Positions 20,421-31,166 of a stretch of 64,000 nt of DNA are shown piece by piece. The notes beneath the pieces were generated by a model, which was not told the DNA's origin, searched no databases, and saw nothing but the letters and a program-made list of their open reading frames with translations. This DNA is from an uncultured Lentisphaerales bacterium (lineage in GTDB: Bacteria; Verrucomicrobiota; Lentisphaeria; JABSQK01; UBA12247). The position numbers and the translations under genes are program-made. Each line of letters begins with the position of its first letter. The stretch's first letter is position 1. The DNA lies in assembly GCA_943788985.1 (NCBI GenBank), contig CALSSJ010000012.1:192001-256000 (forward strand). The letters run 5' to 3'.

Positions 20421-22682
20421 ATGAAGAGCCTGATAGTCATGAGTTTAATCACTGCCACATTTGCTGCGACAGCAGAGGAAACATTACCCGCACTGAAGGA
20501 TGGCACGGGGCCGCAAAATTTTGAGGAGCTGTGGGCTGGTTTTGACCCGCAGGCGGAGCCGCTGGATGTGGAGGTACTGCAGGAATGGGAAGAGGATGGA
20601 GTGCTGTTGAAGGTGCTTCGCTATCGCATCGGTGTGTTCAAGGGGCAGAGGGCGATGATGGCGGCTGTGTATGGTGCGCCGAAGGACGGCAGCGACTTGC
20701 CAGGGTTGGTGCAGATTCACGGTGGTGGCCAGTACGCGCACTCGAATGCTTGCCTGACTAATGCGAAGCGTGGCTACGCGACCCTTTCGGTCGCTTGGGC
20801 TGGGCGGCTTTCGGGCGGGGGCTATCATGTCAGCCCGGGCGTGGTGAAGCTCTACTGGGAAGGCAAAACCGATGACCCGAGTTATAAAGTGACGACTGAT
20901 TGGGGCGCGTTGGACGGGTATCACGCGCCGTTTCGCTATCAGCATGCATTTTCGGTTGCGAAGCCCCATGAGCACTCGTTCGACGCGGTGGCTTCGCCAC
21001 GGAATGACTCCTGGTTTCTCTGTGCGCTCGGAGCGCGCCGAGCCCTGACATTTCTGGAGCGGCAGCCAGAGGTGAATGGCGAGAAACTTGGCGTCTATGG
21101 GCACTCGATGGGCGGCAAGCTTACGGTGATGACAGCCGGTGCAGATGCTCGGGTGAAAGCCGCAGCTCCGTCCTGTGGCGGAATCAGCCATCGCAATGAT
21201 AAGGATCCGCTGATTTCTACGACGACGTGCGATGATGTGTACTTGAAGCGCTTGAGCTGTCCGATCATGTTCTTGAGCCCGGCGAACGACTTTCACGGCC
21301 GGATCGATGACTTGGAAACGGCAGTTAGGGAGATCAAAACTGAGGAATGGCGAATTACTTCGGCCGCGCATCATAACCACCAAGACACTGCTGACTATGA
21401 GGTCGCGACGCAGTTGTGGATGGACGAGCACCTAAAGGGTACGTTTAGCTGGCCGGAGACGCCGCAGGTGGAGCTGACGCTTGTGGGTAAGGAGATGCCC
21501 GAGGCGCTGGTGACTCCGGATGCGTCACGGCGAATTTTGTCGGTGGATGTGTATTATTCGCAGCAGTTTGATCAGCCAGCCGGGGATCGGTTCTGGCATT
21601 ATGTGGCACCTGTTCAGAACGGTGGAAGCTGGCTGGCCAAGCTGCCGCTGCACAGTGTGGACAAGGAAGTTGCGGTGTTCGCGAACATACGCTATGCCTT
21701 GGACGAGCCGGTTACGGGGGCAGGCTACTACTACGGAATCTACACGACGGAGGCAGCAAACCTTTCGTCCTTGCTACAGGTGATCAGCGTCAAGGAGTTG
21801 AAGGCGGCGAAGATCGGCGCGACGATGAAGCAGTCGCAGCTGATTGAGAGTTTTGAGGGGGATTGGGAGAAGGAGTGGTTTACGTACAAGCAAGATCCGG
21901 CGCTGTGGGGAAGAACCACGCGGAAGGCCTGTGACGATGCCTACCGGGCTCCGGCCTTTGCTAAGCTGGCCCTCGAGGTTCAGGCCGAGCAGGCGAATAC
22001 ACTGAGGGTGGGGCTGGGCCAGATGAACGCTGAAGTCGCGCTGGAGGGTGGGGGCAATTGGCAGGAGGTCGTACTATTTCCCGTGGACTTTGCGGATGCT
22101 GATGGCGCCGTCCGGCTTGACTGGGAGGGCGTTTGGGAGCTTTCGCTGGACAAGAGCGGAAAGTGGCAAGGAGCCGCGCCAGCGTTTCGGAATCTGCGTT
22201 GGCAGGAGGGGATGCGCGAGGAATTGAATGCGCGCCGTGAGGTGAAGCTGCTCCAGGCACCAGTCGTGGCTGGCAAGGTTTTCTTGGACGTCGAGTATGC
22301 GGATGCGGCGACGCACGGTTACAAGATCGCGATGAATAGCTGGCTAGATGGGAAGCCACTGGTAAGAGACGGGAAGACCTACGCCAACGGGCTTAGTACT
22401 CATGCCGCTTCGGAGCTGGTCTTCTTTCTGGGCGGGAAGTTCGAGGGGTTCGATGCCATTGCGCTAGCCGGGCCGGGCGCCACAGTCGCTTTCTCCGTGC
22501 GCGTCGATGGTGCCACGGTGTTCGAGAGCGGGGCGCTTAAGCCGGACCAGTCCAAGCCCATTGCCCTGTCTTTACGCGGTCGGCAGGAGCTGAAGCTGGT
22601 CGTGACAGACGGCGGCAATGGCAAGGGCGGCGATCACGCCTGCTGGTTGGACGCGCAACTGACGCTGTCCGCTGAGAAGTAG
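20421..22682 (+). CDS. Secreted alpha/beta hydrolase with C-terminal NPCBM carbohydrate-binding domain
   Basis: Signal peptide after an AGGAG RBS; HGGG and GHSMGG; C-terminal GLSTHAASEL...LKLVVTDGGNGKGGDHACW. Confidence 0.8.
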   Translation: MKSLIVMSLITATFAATAEETLPALKDGTGPQNFEELWAGFDPQAEPLDVEVLQEWEEDGVLLKVLRYRIGVFKGQRAMMAAVYGAPKDGSDLPGLVQIHGGGQYAHSNACLTNAKRGYATLSVAWAGRLSGGGYHVSPGVVKLYWEGKTDDPSYKVTTDWGALDGYHAPFRYQHAFSVAKPHEHSFDAVASPRNDSWFLCALGARRALTFLERQPEVNGEKLGVYGHSMGGKLTVMTAGADARVKAAAPSCGGISHRNDKDPLISTTTCDDVYLKRLSCPIMFLSPANDFHGRIDDLETAVREIKTEEWRITSAAHHNHQDTADYEVATQLWMDEHLKGTFSWPETPQVELTLVGKEMPEALVTPDASRRILSVDVYYSQQFDQPAGDRFWHYVAPVQNGGSWLAKLPLHSVDKEVAVFANIRYALDEPVTGAGYYYGIYTTEAANLSSLLQVISVKELKAAKIGATMKQSQLIESFEGDWEKEWFTYKQDPALWGRTTRKACDDAYRAPAFAKLALEVQAEQANTLRVGLGQMNAEVALEGGGNWQEVVLFPVDFADADGAVRLDWEGVWELSLDKSGKWQGAAPAFRNLRWQEGMREELNARREVKLLQAPVVAGKVFLDVEYADAATHGYKIAMNSWLDGKPLVRDGKTYANGLSTHAASELVFFLGGKFEGFDAIALAGPGATVAFSVRVDGATVFESGALKPDQSKPIALSLRGRQELKLVVTDGGNGKGGDHACWLDAQLTLSAEK

Positions 22683-22689
22683 GCGTCGG

Positions 22690-24039
22690 ATGAATAATGG
22701 CATCACCGAGAAAGGCATGTTGGTCACGCACGCGGCAGTGGATGGCGAGCCGTTGTCAGAGGACTATCGAATTTGGGTCAATAGCCAGAGCGTTCCTGTG
22801 TACGTGGCACAGCTGGATGACTATCGAAACAGTCCGCTGGACATGGAGGACTTTTACTCGTTCGCGAGCTTTGAGTTTGCGGGGCCAGTGACGGTGGTGA
22901 TCGAGTCGAGCGAACCACTGACGGCGCTTTCGATTCGACCGAATGCGGAGGATGTGGCGGTCGAACTGGAGGGGAATAGGGCTACGTTTGCGCTGGAGCG
23001 CTGCGAGAACTTCTTGATCGAGCGCAACGGCAACGGACGCAAGGATCCGCTGCTGCTGTTCGCGAATCCAATGGAGGTTGAGCCACCAGTGGCGGGTGCC
23101 CCGGACGTGGTGCACTTCGGGGCAGGGCGGCATAACCCCGGTCTGATCGAACTGCACAGCGGCCAGACGCTCTATATTGCTGGGGGAGCGATTGTCACGG
23201 GTAGGGTGGTGGCCCGGGGAGACGGCATCCAGATCCTGGGGCGCGGCCTGCTGGAGAACTCGGCGCAGGAATACTACGGGAAGCATATGGTCCTGTTCGA
23301 GAACTGCACAAATGCGAGGATCGAGGGCATCGTGTTGCGCAAGGCCAGTCAACATTGGACGCTGGTGACGAAGCAATGTGACGGCGTGGTGGTCTCAAAC
23401 GTCAAGATCTGCGGGTCTTTCTACGGGAACGATGACGGCATCGACCCGGTGAATACCCGGAACATGCTGGTGGAAAAATGCCTGATCCGAACCAAGGATG
23501 ACTGCCTGGCGTTCAAGGGGATGGATGACGCGCTAAGCAACTGCGAGAACATCACCGTCACCCACACGACGATGTGGACGGACCAGTGCTGCACGATTCT
23601 GTTGGGAGATGAGTCCCGCGCCGCGCACATGCGAAACATTACGATTAAGGACTGCTTCGTGCCCTACCTCAGTTATGAGGGATATCCGAAGAAGTTCCTG
23701 ATGTTGCACGCAGGGGAGGAGATGCGGCTGGAGAACATCCAGATCGAGAATATCCAGATTTGCGGCGAGGGCCAGGATCACAATTACATCGAGATGTGCT
23801 GTGAGTTCAACCAATACTGTAAGTCGCAGACTGCGGGAATCATCAGCAACATTTTGCTCAAGGACATCCATCTGACGGGGGATGACGGCGGCTACGTGAT
23901 CCTGCTCAAAGGCTACGACGAGGCCCACCCGATTGAGGATGTCGTGTTCGAAAACTGTACGATTAATGGCCGTCGGCTGACTGCCGAGTATCCGAATCTC
24001 GAGGCCAACGAGTTTGTCCGGGGGACGACGTTCGGCTAA
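22690..24039 (+). CDS. GH28-like beta-helix glycoside hydrolase
   Basis: NDDGIDP and TKDDCLAFK acidic motifs; repeated NITI/NIQI beta-helix strands. Confidence 0.75.
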   Translation: MNNGITEKGMLVTHAAVDGEPLSEDYRIWVNSQSVPVYVAQLDDYRNSPLDMEDFYSFASFEFAGPVTVVIESSEPLTALSIRPNAEDVAVELEGNRATFALERCENFLIERNGNGRKDPLLLFANPMEVEPPVAGAPDVVHFGAGRHNPGLIELHSGQTLYIAGGAIVTGRVVARGDGIQILGRGLLENSAQEYYGKHMVLFENCTNARIEGIVLRKASQHWTLVTKQCDGVVVSNVKICGSFYGNDDGIDPVNTRNMLVEKCLIRTKDDCLAFKGMDDALSNCENITVTHTTMWTDQCCTILLGDESRAAHMRNITIKDCFVPYLSYEGYPKKFLMLHAGEEMRLENIQIENIQICGEGQDHNYIEMCCEFNQYCKSQTAGIISNILLKDIHLTGDDGGYVILLKGYDEAHPIEDVVFENCTINGRRLTAEYPNLEANEFVRGTTFG

Positions 24040-24205
24040 GCGAAGGCCCCGCGTGGAAATAAGGGTACATTTTTCTGCTGGCCATTTTTTCTGGCAAGGC
24101 GGAAACGAATCCGTACTTACGGGTACGCGTCGCTCCACGTGCCTAGCATCTCACGATTCGGCGCTCCCGCCAAAATGTAACGTTAATTGCGCGCGGGCCC
24201 CAAGT

Positions 24206-25201
24206 TTACTTGATCCGCAGCGTGATCGTGGACTTCTCGCGGTCTTCGCTGAGGACCACGGCGAGGCGGCCACTTTCGCAGAGTTGCTTTCCATTGTAGA
24301 TCTGGAAGGCACCATAGCGCTTGTCTGGCCTACTCTTGACCGGCTCCAACTCGATTTCGACTTTACGCGCCCCCCATGGGCCGTGAAGGACGGCGTCGGT
24401 AACATTAGGTACTCCCGTCATCGCTTGTGAGAAGGAATAGGTACCGCGGAGCTTCGGGCCTGACAGCTTCATCTCCCAGCCTTCTGTTTCGGCATCGATC
24501 TCTTGTTGCTCCTTGTTCTGAAAATCAACGCTGGGCAAGATGTAGATGCAGGGCACCAGGCTGGCTGGTAGCGGGAGACGAGATGGCTCATCGTAGGCGA
24601 CTTTAAAAGTCACGCCTTTTTCGTCGAGTGCGATGGTCAGGGTGAACGTGGCTTCGTCTGTAAACGTACCTTCCACGGTCAACTCGCTCGGCTTGGTCAG
24701 GCGCTGTGGTTTCGGCGCCTGCTCGATACTGGCGATTTCCTTGTGCTGGGTCCGAGACTCAGGGGGCATCCGTTCATTGGTGTGCGTGCGGTGAATGCGA
24801 AATACGATACCGGGACCGACCACTTTACCGTCCTCCAGCACCTGGACAAGCAAGGCGCCGCCAGCTTGAAGCATAGCGCGATAGTGTTGGGTGGTATAGA
24901 GAGTGTTCACGCCTTTCAGACCGCTGGCCGTAAACGCCGGAAGCTGGCCTTCCCTCGTGGCGATGGCTCCAGTCCCGCCGCCCTTCTGCCCGCGTGCCCG
25001 AGCTTTTTTCTGGTCTGCTGGGCTCAGGCGAGCCAGCGGGATGATACGCTCGCGCCCGTCCGCATCTTTGAGAACGACGGTGTTGCCTTTAACCCCGACA
25101 AACTCCGCCTCAAGGGATTTGCCGCTCGCGCTGGTCCAAGACTCTAGGGGGCCGGCGACGAGAAGCGGGGCGGCAAGAAAAAGGACAATTAGTCGGCTCA
25201 T
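24206..25201 (-). CDS. Secreted SHD1-domain protein
   Basis: Signal peptide, then WTSASGKSLEAEFVG...IPLARLSPADQ; paralog of 51308-52348. Confidence 0.75.
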   Translation of the reverse strand: MSRLIVLFLAAPLLVAGPLESWTSASGKSLEAEFVGVKGNTVVLKDADGRERIIPLARLSPADQKKARARGQKGGGTGAIATREGQLPAFTASGLKGVNTLYTTQHYRAMLQAGGALLVQVLEDGKVVGPGIVFRIHRTHTNERMPPESRTQHKEIASIEQAPKPQRLTKPSELTVEGTFTDEATFTLTIALDEKGVTFKVAYDEPSRLPLPASLVPCIYILPSVDFQNKEQQEIDAETEGWEMKLSGPKLRGTYSFSQAMTGVPNVTDAVLHGPWGARKVEIELEPVKSRPDKRYGAFQIYNGKQLCESGRLAVVLSEDREKSTITLRIK

Positions 25202-25365
25202 GGTCGTTATACCTGGTCGGTGCCTGTCGAATACACCAAGATTTTACCCATTCTTTGGGGATATGCAAGCGATTAAACTCCGACATGCCGGTGCACCAAG
25301 TACCTCGACAAATGCACAGTTTAGCAGGGCATCGCGGAATGGATTCGTCCCCAAAGAGCGGACCG

Positions 25366-25917
25366 ATGACAGAGATTTTGGCCTATGGGAATGACTTGGA
25401 GGGCATGAGCAATTCAGCGGTTGCTAGCAAACCGTCCTACAGGCGCCTGTGGGAATACGGTTTGGTTGGCCTCTGTTGCCTCGTACTGGTCGTGGGGTAG
25501 TTCGTATTGCCCCTTGGTTTGCAAGACCTGAAGCGCTGCGTGCAGGCGCGGGTGTGGGAGGGCGCCATCGGCTGGGTGGCAGAGCGCGAGACAATCAGCG
25601 ATGGCACACCGGGCTTGATGGTGAGTTATCGCGATCGGGGCGCTGAAAGCATCTACGGTGGGACCGCGCACGTCACCTTGAACGCAAAGGAGCATCTCAA
25701 AAGGCTGTTCGGCCAACCTGAAACACGTCCAATTCGAGGAACGCGAGTTCCACTACACGTAGAGCTTTGCAGGTCGGCTCTACACTGGCGATGTCTTCTC
25801 AGTCTGGGTCCCTGTCGCGAGCGAGTCCGAAGCGGAAGAGCATGCCGTGACTGCCTTGCTGGCCCTGCCGGAGCCCGGGCCTCATCGAGGCCTTTTTCAC
25901 GTTGCCAGCAAGATTAA
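25366..25917 (+). pseudogene. Degenerate membrane protein remnant (possibly DUF3592-like)
   Basis: TM segment interrupted by an in-frame TAG (25498-25500), then a soluble segment LMVSYRD...IYGG. Confidence 0.25.
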
Positions 25918-26246
25918 TTCGGGCTGTGAAGGCGGCGGATAGCGAGGTGGTCTGTGGTCAGTGTACGCGCCAATTCGCGCGGCTTGCCGTCTGTTCGCGA
26001 GACGCATGATTTACTGGTGCTGGCCCCATCAGAAGGCGACGAGGATTCTCTGGTTCGAGCAGATGGGGTCGAGTCGGGGGAGTAGCCGCGCAAGACTAAC
26101 CAACCGATATGGCTTTTGATTCGCCGAGGTCTGCTATTGCTACTAATGAACCAACGCGTTATGGTCCCGGTAGCTTCACAGCCACCGGGCCGCAACGGCT
26201 GGGCTGAGATCATGAATAAGAACAAGAGCCAAAAGGCAAACGCCCA

Positions 26247-27314
26247 ATGCCATTGATTCCACGCCGTGGGAAAGCACGAGCTGGCGCAAAGCCAGGCATC
26301 GAAAGCATCGGAAAGCTGGACCAGAAACCCAGCGAAGATGCACCAAGCATAGAAGTCTTCTATGTGTCAGAAGAGGTGGTTAGCCGCCAGATTTTCGATG
26401 ATATTCACGCGGCTTTCGGGGCCACCCAGGGAAAGGGCTTTCGCTGGATCAATATTAACGGCTTGCACCCGTACTTGGTTAACGCCTGCCACCTTGAGTT
26501 TGGGATTCACACGCTACACGCTGAGGATGTGTTGCACGTGCACCAGCGCCCTCGGCTGGAATCTGAGGATAGCAACTATCTTTTTATCCTCACACGCATG
26601 CTGATGCGCCGCGATGAGGCCTTAGCTTCGGAGCAGATTAGTATGTTTCTTTTTGACGATGTATTGCTTACGATTCAGGAACGCGAGGGCGACGTCTGGG
26701 GGCCAATTCGCAAGCGGCTCGAGACATCCGGCGTGCGCATCCGGGGCCACGGGGCAGATTTTCTGGCCTATGCCCTACTTGACGCGATTGTTGACCATAC
26801 CTTTCCGCTGCTGGAGCACTATGGTGACGAGCTTGAAACCCTTGAGGAACAAATTTTGGAGCAGCCAGACCAGAGCCACATTGCGAGTCTACACGCCGTG
26901 AAGCGTGACTTGCTGATCTGTCGACGTACGATCTGGCCGACTCGCGAGTTGGTGGACGCGCTGCGGCGGTATGATGGCCCACTGATTGGTGAGTCCACCC
27001 AGCGCTTTCTGGCGGACGTGCACGAGCATGTCATCCAAATCATTGAGGTAGTGGAGTCCTATCGCGAGATGGGCAGAAGCCTCACGGATTTGTATATGAC
27101 CAGTGTCTCCAACCGGATGAACGAGATCATGAAGGTGCTGACGATCATGGCTGCCTTTTTTATCCCGATTACTTTTGTGGCCGGGGTCTATGGCATGAAC
27201 TTTGAGCATATGCCGGAGCTCGCGTGGCGGTGGTCTTATCCTTGTTTCTGGGTGGTGATTCTGAGCATTACATGTGGTTTGTTCGTGACTTTTAAACGTC
27301 GGAACTGGCTCTGA
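26247..27314 (+). CDS. corA: Magnesium/cobalt transporter CorA
   Basis: WININGLH, EQISMFL, MNEIMKVLT, YGMNF (GMN signature), MPEL. Confidence 0.95.
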   Translation: MPLIPRRGKARAGAKPGIESIGKLDQKPSEDAPSIEVFYVSEEVVSRQIFDDIHAAFGATQGKGFRWININGLHPYLVNACHLEFGIHTLHAEDVLHVHQRPRLESEDSNYLFILTRMLMRRDEALASEQISMFLFDDVLLTIQEREGDVWGPIRKRLETSGVRIRGHGADFLAYALLDAIVDHTFPLLEHYGDELETLEEQILEQPDQSHIASLHAVKRDLLICRRTIWPTRELVDALRRYDGPLIGESTQRFLADVHEHVIQIIEVVESYREMGRSLTDLYMTSVSNRMNEIMKVLTIMAAFFIPITFVAGVYGMNFEHMPELAWRWSYPCFWVVILSITCGLFVTFKRRNWL

Positions 27315-27331
27315 ATGAAACCTCTTGAACA

Positions 27332-28141
27332 ATGCCAGAGAATGGTCTACCCGGAGTTGAACCAGGTGACAGCATGAGCTTCTGGTCTAGCTACAGCTTT
27401 CGAGAAGACCAAGTTGCGCGCTTCGCAATTGGCCCGTTGACTTGCTGGCTGCATCGTACGAAGGACGAGTGGCGTGTGGCTCACGCACATGGAGACGCGC
27501 TCAATGCGTGCAAAAGTACGTTCGATGGTGCGCCAGTTGATGGGCTAGACTGGCACCGTTGGATCGACATGACCGACGGGCGCTTGCGCTTGGTGCCAGC
27601 GATGCCAGACCGTGCTGTGATCGTGCGGCCGGATGCACGCTTCGCGATTAGCCCCGGTGCCCGTGGTACCTTCTATGTCCGCATCCCGGTTTGGTTTCGG
27701 GTGATTGTGGGCGACAACGAGACGCCGCTGACCGAGTTGCCTACCATCTTGCTTTCGAACAGTTGGTTTGGCGATCCGGCCGAGGGGGACTTTTGCTACT
27801 CGCTGCGGACCACTGCGCAGCGTGACCTTGACGCGTATGATCCGCAGCCATTCCGAGCGCGCTGTGCGGTGCACGTGACGAATCGATCGGCCAGCGACGA
27901 ACTTAATGTCGAGCGACTGTGCCTGCGCGCTAGATCACTGAGCGTCTATGAATGCCAAGGGATGCTGCAAACCAATGCCATCACAGTGGACTACCATGGC
28001 GAGGATGAACTACCGGATGTCGAACACCGTACCACACCGCCGGGCGACCAGGCGACGCTGTTGTGCGAGCCACGCGATATCAGCGCGCGGGAGCGCCTCA
28101 AACGTCGTCTGAACACCTTCACCCGGTTTCGTACATCATGA
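27332..28141 (+). CDS. Hypothetical protein co-oriented between corA and mscS
   Basis: Clean 269-aa ORF; stop overlaps the mscS start (ATGA); alternative start at 27373. Confidence 0.7.
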   Translation: MPENGLPGVEPGDSMSFWSSYSFREDQVARFAIGPLTCWLHRTKDEWRVAHAHGDALNACKSTFDGAPVDGLDWHRWIDMTDGRLRLVPAMPDRAVIVRPDARFAISPGARGTFYVRIPVWFRVIVGDNETPLTELPTILLSNSWFGDPAEGDFCYSLRTTAQRDLDAYDPQPFRARCAVHVTNRSASDELNVERLCLRARSLSVYECQGMLQTNAITVDYHGEDELPDVEHRTTPPGDQATLLCEPRDISARERLKRRLNTFTRFRTS

Positions 28142-29004
28142 CCGATAAGCTCGCCCAGTTTCTAAATTACCCGCCGGTTTACGATGGTCTGCGGGCCATT
28201 ATTCTTGCGATTGTTGGGATCATTATCCTGCGTTATTCCAGTCGCCTTGTCATGCGCGTGCTCGGCGCTTACGCCTCCCAGCAGGCCCGGATGATAGTGG
28301 GCAAGGGGATGCTCTATCTTGGCTCCTTGCTCATCCTCCTACTGGTACTGCATAACTTGGGCTTCAAGCTGACCGCGTTGCTCGGCACGGCTGGGATCGT
28401 CGGCATGGCGGTGGGTTTCGCCAGCCAGACCAGCCTGTCAAACATTATCAGCGGGCTGTTCATGATGGGCGAGAAGGCGTTTGAAGTAGACGACCTTATT
28501 GAGGTCGGCACGCTCCGTGGCTTCGTGATGTCGATTGATTTGCTCAGCGTGAAACTTCGCACGCTTGACAACAAGCTGGTGCGTGTTCCTAACGAGAGCC
28601 TGTTCAAAGAGAATGTGGTCAACATCACTCGCTTTCCGATTCGACGCTGGGACAACACCATTGGTGTCGCCTACAAGGAGGATATCTCTCAGGTCATCGA
28701 GGTGCTCAAGGATGTGATCGACAAGAACCGCTTCTGCCTGGACGAGCCCGAGCCACTGATATTCCTCGCTAAGTTTGCGGATTCCGCCTGTGAGATTTTC
28801 GTGGGCGTGTGGTTCGAGAAGAACAGCTTTCTCGACCTACGGAGCACGCTTCTCCCTGAAATTAAAGCCCGCTTCGACGCAGAGGGTATCGAGATTCCGT
28901 TCCCCCATCGCACTATTTACACGGGCAGCGCGACGCCGCCATTTCCGGTGGAGATTGGGGGGAGCGGTTCAAGCGCCGGAGACCAGGGGGCGACTAGTCG
29001 TTGA
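28138..29004 (+). CDS. mscS: Small-conductance mechanosensitive channel, MscS family
   Basis: GIVGMAVGFASQTSLSNIISG, VRVPN, GIEIPFP. Confidence 0.92.
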   Translation: MTDKLAQFLNYPPVYDGLRAIILAIVGIIILRYSSRLVMRVLGAYASQQARMIVGKGMLYLGSLLILLLVLHNLGFKLTALLGTAGIVGMAVGFASQTSLSNIISGLFMMGEKAFEVDDLIEVGTLRGFVMSIDLLSVKLRTLDNKLVRVPNESLFKENVVNITRFPIRRWDNTIGVAYKEDISQVIEVLKDVIDKNRFCLDEPEPLIFLAKFADSACEIFVGVWFEKNSFLDLRSTLLPEIKARFDAEGIEIPFPHRTIYTGSATPPFPVEIGGSGSSAGDQGATSR

Positions 29005-29772
29005 TGCGGTCGCGGAGTGGTTTCTGAAGGTGTTTTTTAGGTCGACCCGACCGTCGCCACAGCCGCCGTTCCCGGCTGAGCGCACGCCGACGCCATGGAG
29101 ATCTTCGGTGCCTTTCCGGGCATAGGGATCTTCTCCGGCGACCAGGACGATGTCGCGAAAGTCCCTCCGTCCCCGAGGCAAGATGCTGCTGGCGCTCATA
29201 TAGTGATTGACGGGGACGCGGCGAAAGGTCCCGGCGGGGGCACTGTTAGGCTGTGATTTGTGCAGGAGATAGCCGTTGAAAAAGAAGATGCTGCCAGCAC
29301 TCACTTCGACCGGAACAGCTTTCTGCTCCTGATCGTGTGGAAAGTTATAGGACATGACGTTGCAGTCGTAATCCGGGTCATTGTGCGGGTACTGGGAATA
29401 AAGGACACCGGGACGATGGGAGCGGGGAATGACCCAGAGGCAGCCGTTCTGTACGGTGGCGTCATCGATGGCAATCCAGGCGCCGGTGAGCGAGCGGTCG
29501 CGGGTGGGAATGTAGTCTTCGTCCTGATGTCAGGCTGGGCCGGGCTTGCCAGCAGACTTGACGAACTGCATCGATTACCTGGACTTTATGTTGGGACCGA
29601 TCACGTGCGTTAAGGCTTTGACAATGGCCGGGTGGGCCAGGTGCCGGTGCAGCGTTTCTGAAATCTTGTGGGGATTATGGATGCAAAGAAATTGGGAGAT
29701 TAACTCCTGCGCCGGTATGGAGGCAAGCATCTCCGGAGACACGCCGCCTTCAACGACCAAGTAGCCGCTTCC
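28969..29772 (-). pseudogene. Phytanoyl-CoA dioxygenase (PhyH) family pseudogene
   Basis: GYLVVEG..., PA*HQDEDYIP (TGA at 29530-29532 replaces Trp), AWIAIDDATVQNGCLWVIP, FFNGYLLHKS; frameshift near 29575; 5' end missing. Confidence 0.8.
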
Positions 29773-29897
29773 TTAAGGAAAGTTCGCGGCGTCTTCGCCG
29801 AGGCTCGAGACCGTAAATGTGCCGGGAGTTTTGGTGTAGGTCACAGAGGGACTTCTTCTTCTGAAAACTGAGTAGGAAGAGAGTTGGGCTAGCGAGC

Positions 29898-31166
29898 TTA
29901 TTGTCCGGGCTTGTCCCCGAAACAGAAGAGGGTGGTGTGATTGCGAATGAGTACCCGCCCATCGACCACTACGGGGCTGGCTGCGATTGAGCCAGGGATG
30001 CGCCCAGTGGTGATGTCCTTGAGGCCATCTTTGGTGACGGTGCCGCAGAAGAGGGTGCCGTCGGTCGCTGCGCAGTAGAGCTTGTCTCCGGCTAGAACGG
30101 GAGAAGAGAAGAAGCGGATCCTCTCGATTGGAAGCTGTGATTGCCAGTGCACTTTCCCGGAGGCAGCCTCGAGGCAACTGACTTGGCCACGATCGCCAAG
30201 CAGGTAAACGAGGCCCCCGCGCGAGGTCGGTGACGCGACATCCGATCCTATCGAATCCTTCTGCCAGAGGCCACCGCCAGTTCCCGGATCCGTGGTCTCA
30301 CCTAGCCGTGTTCCAGCCAGGCTGCGGCCGCGGGCAAAAGGAATGATCGCGACGCTATCGGCGATAACCGGGGAGGCAATGACACGCCAGTTATGCTTGC
30401 CTCGCGGATTGTAGCTGCCCGCGTGCCAGAGTAATTCGCCTGTATCTGCGGCGTTTCCGGAGAGATGGTCTGCGGCCCAGCAGATGATGGTCTCGCGACC
30501 GTTTACATCCATGACGATAGGCGTGGTGTATGCGTCGTAGGATTCCTCGACTGAATCGAAGGTGCGCGCGATCTTCCACACTTCTTTTCCCGTCTCGCAG
30601 TCGAGGCTGGCCAGATAGGAGCCTCCGCCGTTCTGGAGGACGGCAATCACCAGCTTGCCGTCAGCTAGGACTGGGGACGTGCCGAGATCCCAGCCGAGCG
30701 TATCCTCACCGTAGCGCTTCTGGAGGTTTACTTCCCATTTCAGTGTGCCAGTCAGGGTGAGTGCGGCCACCTTTCCTGACTTGAAATAGACGTAGATGCA
30801 CGTGCCGTCGGTAATCGGGGAGGGGTTGCAACTACTGGCCGTCTTGTAGCGGGCTTGTACGCTTTTTCCAAAGCGATGGCGCCAGATTTCTTTGCGGTTG
30901 AAATCGTAACAGACAACGGTGTCCCGCCCGTCGATGTCGCAGGTGAGCATGATGTGCTCGTTCCAGACGATCGGGGTGGAAGAACCGAGGCCTGGTAACG
31001 GAAGCTTCCAGAGCAAGTTCTCATCGGGATTCAGTGTCGCCGGTGCGGCCGGATCGTCCACCGATCCGTTGGCGGTGGGGCCACGCCATTGCGGCCAGTT
31101 CGCGGCTGCTGCGGAACAGGTGACGAGGCTTAAGCAAAGGATGGAAGTCAGGATATGGGCCTTCAT
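29898..31166 (-). CDS. PQQ-like beta-propeller protein (BamB-like, PVC type)
   Basis: Signal peptide; NWPQWRGP, GSSTPIV, GTSPVL, FSSPVL repeats. Confidence 0.88.
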   Translation of the reverse strand: MKAHILTSILCLSLVTCSAAAANWPQWRGPTANGSVDDPAAPATLNPDENLLWKLPLPGLGSSTPIVWNEHIMLTCDIDGRDTVVCYDFNRKEIWRHRFGKSVQARYKTASSCNPSPITDGTCIYVYFKSGKVAALTLTGTLKWEVNLQKRYGEDTLGWDLGTSPVLADGKLVIAVLQNGGGSYLASLDCETGKEVWKIARTFDSVEESYDAYTTPIVMDVNGRETIICWAADHLSGNAADTGELLWHAGSYNPRGKHNWRVIASPVIADSVAIIPFARGRSLAGTRLGETTDPGTGGGLWQKDSIGSDVASPTSRGGLVYLLGDRGQVSCLEAASGKVHWQSQLPIERIRFFSSPVLAGDKLYCAATDGTLFCGTVTKDGLKDITTGRIPGSIAASPVVVDGRVLIRNHTTLFCFGDKPGQ

